Assembly (NCBI GenBank): GCA_008690995.1
Contig: VRMN01000002.1
Coordinates: forward strand, 2,046,001-2,110,000
DNA: 64,000 nucleotides
Direction of reading: 5' to 3'
Source of the DNA: Porphyridium purpureum
Lineage: Eukaryota
Below the pieces are notes generated by a model. The model did not search any database. It was not told the DNA's origin and saw only the letters and a list, made by a program, of their open reading frames with translations. Shown here one piece after another: positions 61,808 to 64,000 of the stretch. A program made the position numbers and the translations under genes. Position 1 is the first letter of the stretch, and each line of letters begins with the position of its first letter.

Positions 61808-63022
61808 TTAACTGGTGGCAGTGCTGTCCGTTTCGCAATTGAACGCCGGCTGCCGTGCGTTCCTTTCCCCCTGCTCCTCGGAAGCGCTTCCAAAGCCATG
61901 CCGACCGGCTTGCAAAAGTACCGCATCTGTGGACGCTGGCTGCGCCTTGATCTCAAGGTACATTTGAAACAGCGGCGGTTCAAAGCTTGAACCGGCGTGA
62001 TAATTTTCGTTGCACGACGACTGCTCAAGCCACACTATCTGGTCTGCGCAGTCCATCAGAATAGACAAGGTCTCATCGCGGGCCGCGTTGCCCAGGCTTT
62101 GGGCAGCATCCCAGCGCGCGGTGCGTGCATGCTTGGAGCACGGGGCAATAACTAGAGCATGCATCCACACACCCGGTATGTCCAGAATGTCGCAGATCTT
62201 CTGCTGTGTTAACGCCACGATCTGACGCAACAGCTGTCTGGATGCGGCGCTGCCGCGAAACTCGCCGAGTAAATGCGGGCCTAGCGCGTCAATCACAAGA
62301 ATGTGAGGCACTAGACCTGCATTGTTTCCGCTACTGCCTGTTGCCAAGAGAGACTCTGCGTTTGTTCGCAGTCTGCTTTGCAGCGCGTCCAGCTGCGCGA
62401 GAAGTGTGCCCACATCCAGAATACTTGTCAGCGTCCAGTCGGGTGTTCCCTGATTCCCGCAAAGCTCCGAAAATCGCGCTCGGATGTCGAATAGCGGTTC
62501 GCTGGCGGCTGAAAACCAATGCAGCTGCGCCGTGCTTCCGGACGCGGCGCACACAGAACGGGCGACTTGCATGCTGAATAGCGTCTTGCCACTCGAAGAC
62601 GGCCCCAGGACAGCGGTCATGGCGCCTTTCCGCGCGTGCAGGACCAATCCGTTGGCGTCCTGTTCACCACAAGCATGCTCACACCTGTTCGACTGTCTTT
62701 GACCATGGATCGGTATCGGATAGCTTGATTGTTCGTCCCAGAGTATTTCCCAAGCGCCCTCACACCGCTGCGTCGACGCATACAGCTGCTGCAGCACGCC
62801 TCGCAGCTCGTCGCGTGAAAGGTGTAGAGAACCGGCGAGCTCCGCAATGCAACTTTTGTCCCCGCCATCGCGCAACGCGCTGCAAAGTTCGACCGGATGC
62901 GCATACCCCGCAGAGCACAGCCGTTGCCGGACGGATTGTGGTGCAACGGGCGCGTACGCCTTCCAGACATCCGAATCAGACGCGTGCGCGGGCGGGTCCT
63001 TCTCCATTCTCTGTCTCGGCAT
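61808..63022 (-). CDS. Divergent RAD51 paralog (RAD51C-like N-terminus)
   Basis: RQRLCSAGY and AWEILWDE resemble the RAD51C N-terminus. Walker A GPSSSGKT and Walker B ILVID present. Confidence 0.62.
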   Translation of the reverse strand: MPRQRMEKDPPAHASDSDVWKAYAPVAPQSVRQRLCSAGYAHPVELCSALRDGGDKSCIAELAGSLHLSRDELRGVLQQLYASTQRCEGAWEILWDEQSSYPIPIHGQRQSNRCEHACGEQDANGLVLHARKGAMTAVLGPSSSGKTLFSMQVARSVCAASGSTAQLHWFSAASEPLFDIRARFSELCGNQGTPDWTLTSILDVGTLLAQLDALQSRLRTNAESLLATGSSGNNAGLVPHILVIDALGPHLLGEFRGSAASRQLLRQIVALTQQKICDILDIPGVWMHALVIAPCSKHARTARWDAAQSLGNAARDETLSILMDCADQIVWLEQSSCNENYHAGSSFEPPLFQMYLEIKAQPASTDAVLLQAGRHGFGSASEEQGERNARQPAFNCETDSTATS

Positions 63023-63079
63023 CACTTTTCTTTACTGGAAGTTTGGGCTAGTCAGTCGGACGTCGCATTGACGGCAAGC

Positions 63080-64000
63080 TTACGTATGCTCCGTGGTGTC
63101 GTCAGTCCGGCCCATTTTCAGGTCGTTGATGCGCTCGAGCACAACCGTAGGATCATCGTACGCGGCGCGACGGGGGTTGAACAAAACGCGCAGAAGGAAT
63201 AGGACCGCAAGTACTACACACAAAGCGCCCACCGTCACGTAAGCGATGCCGAGGAACGAGTTGGCACTGCCATACCACGCGACCTGAAAGATAATAATTG
63301 ACTTGGTGCCGTCAAACGAGCTGACCGGATAATTGTTCGTGATCTGCACATAGTACGTGCCCCTGGTGAGGGTCTGGTTTTGCACAATTAAGTTGAGCTT
63401 GTTGAATTCCGAGAACGCGGCCAGTCGCATCCACACCATGAAAGGCGTCGATGTGATCAAATCATTGTCGGCATCTGTCCACGGCCCGGGCGGGTCACTA
63501 TCTGCTGTCGGACCTGCCTTGAATTTGGTGGAGCTATCTGTCGGCCACTCAATACCTTCCTGCGTGGTCGGAACCGGATTGTTACATTCGCGATCCTCGC
63601 ACAGCACGAACGTGTCGTTGAACACACTCCACGCGGTAAGGCCGCACGGAATCGGCGTACCTGTGGTGCTATTATCCAGAATCGGTTCGCACGTATCGAG
63701 CTGCCCGGTAGTCAGCGGCCACTGGCCTGCGAGCTGCGGCGACGACCGTGAGCGCGTGTAGGTGCGTACGTTCTGGAAGTAATTGGACATGCGATAGTAA
63801 AAGTACGCCGGAGGCTCGATGTCCTCCTCGATTGTGATTTCGACGGTGCATGTTTTTGTCTGGGAGAAGACGTCGCCGACGTCGCACTCTGGGATATTGT
63901 CGTACCGCACCTGTGCTGTCGAAGCGAGCGTCCCATTGCGCGCGAGAATGACGGCGCCAATGGGAATGCAGACGCACGCCATCACGAGATACATTGCGAT
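63080..64000 (-). CDS. CDC50: CDC50/LEM3/ALIS P4-ATPase flippase beta subunit (5' end outside the window)
   Basis: YFYYRMSNYFQNVRTY-x-RSRS-x-x-QL-x-G, PCGLTAWSVFNDTF, FMVWMRLAA, NNYPVSSFDGTK and FLGIAY. Frame is open to the window edge. Confidence 0.95.
   Translation of the reverse strand: MAMYLVMACVCIPIGAVILARNGTLASTAQVRYDNIPECDVGDVFSQTKTCTVEITIEEDIEPPAYFYYRMSNYFQNVRTYTRSRSSPQLAGQWPLTTGQLDTCEPILDNSTTGTPIPCGLTAWSVFNDTFVLCEDRECNNPVPTTQEGIEWPTDSSTKFKAGPTADSDPPGPWTDADNDLITSTPFMVWMRLAAFSEFNKLNLIVQNQTLTRGTYYVQITNNYPVSSFDGTKSIIIFQVAWYGSANSFLGIAYVTVGALCVVLAVLFLLRVLFNPRRAAYDDPTVVLERINDLKMGRTDDTTEHT

Overview
Eukaryotic, GC-rich, gene-dense and almost intron-free nuclear DNA. Gene content, short intergenic spacers and many N-terminal transit peptides with an early Phe (e.g. 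MAFV, MAGFV) fit a unicellular red alga such as Porphyridium (inference, not proven). About 30 protein-coding genes are supported: APC1, a DEAD-box helicase, an EF-hand protein, NDUFB4, an ABC1 kinase, an OSR1/SPAK-like kinase, ARP6, a bacterial-type EcxA-like zinc metalloprotease, NSA2, an alpha/beta hydrolase, FolD, an ankyrin protein, a dUTPase fusion, a double-domain sulfotransferase, ABC-F, TOM7, ZIP4/SPO22 (one intron), an Ac45/Voa1-like protein, COX16, DUF1995, a PDCD4-like microprotein, a methyltransferase-like protein, a ketose 3-epimerase, MPP-beta, a 4CL-like ligase, hybrid cluster protein, an A1 aspartic protease, a RAD51C-like protein and CDC50. No rRNA, tRNA, CRISPR or intact transposon was recognised. 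Most notable: (1) a putatively organelle-targeted dUTPase fused to a Cys-rich module and two degenerate, probably nuclease-dead LAGLIDADG motifs; (2) an 84-aa standalone protein made only of the PDCD4 N-terminal ribosome-binding motif; (3) a GTACAGT(G) motif clustered in promoters across the window, twice next to telo-boxes; (4) an OSR1/SPAK-like kinase carrying four RFxV motifs and a C-terminal coiled coil; (5) an intact meiotic ZIP4; (6) several bacterial-type enzymes that are gene-transfer candidates. All family calls come from motif recognition by eye; no searches were run.
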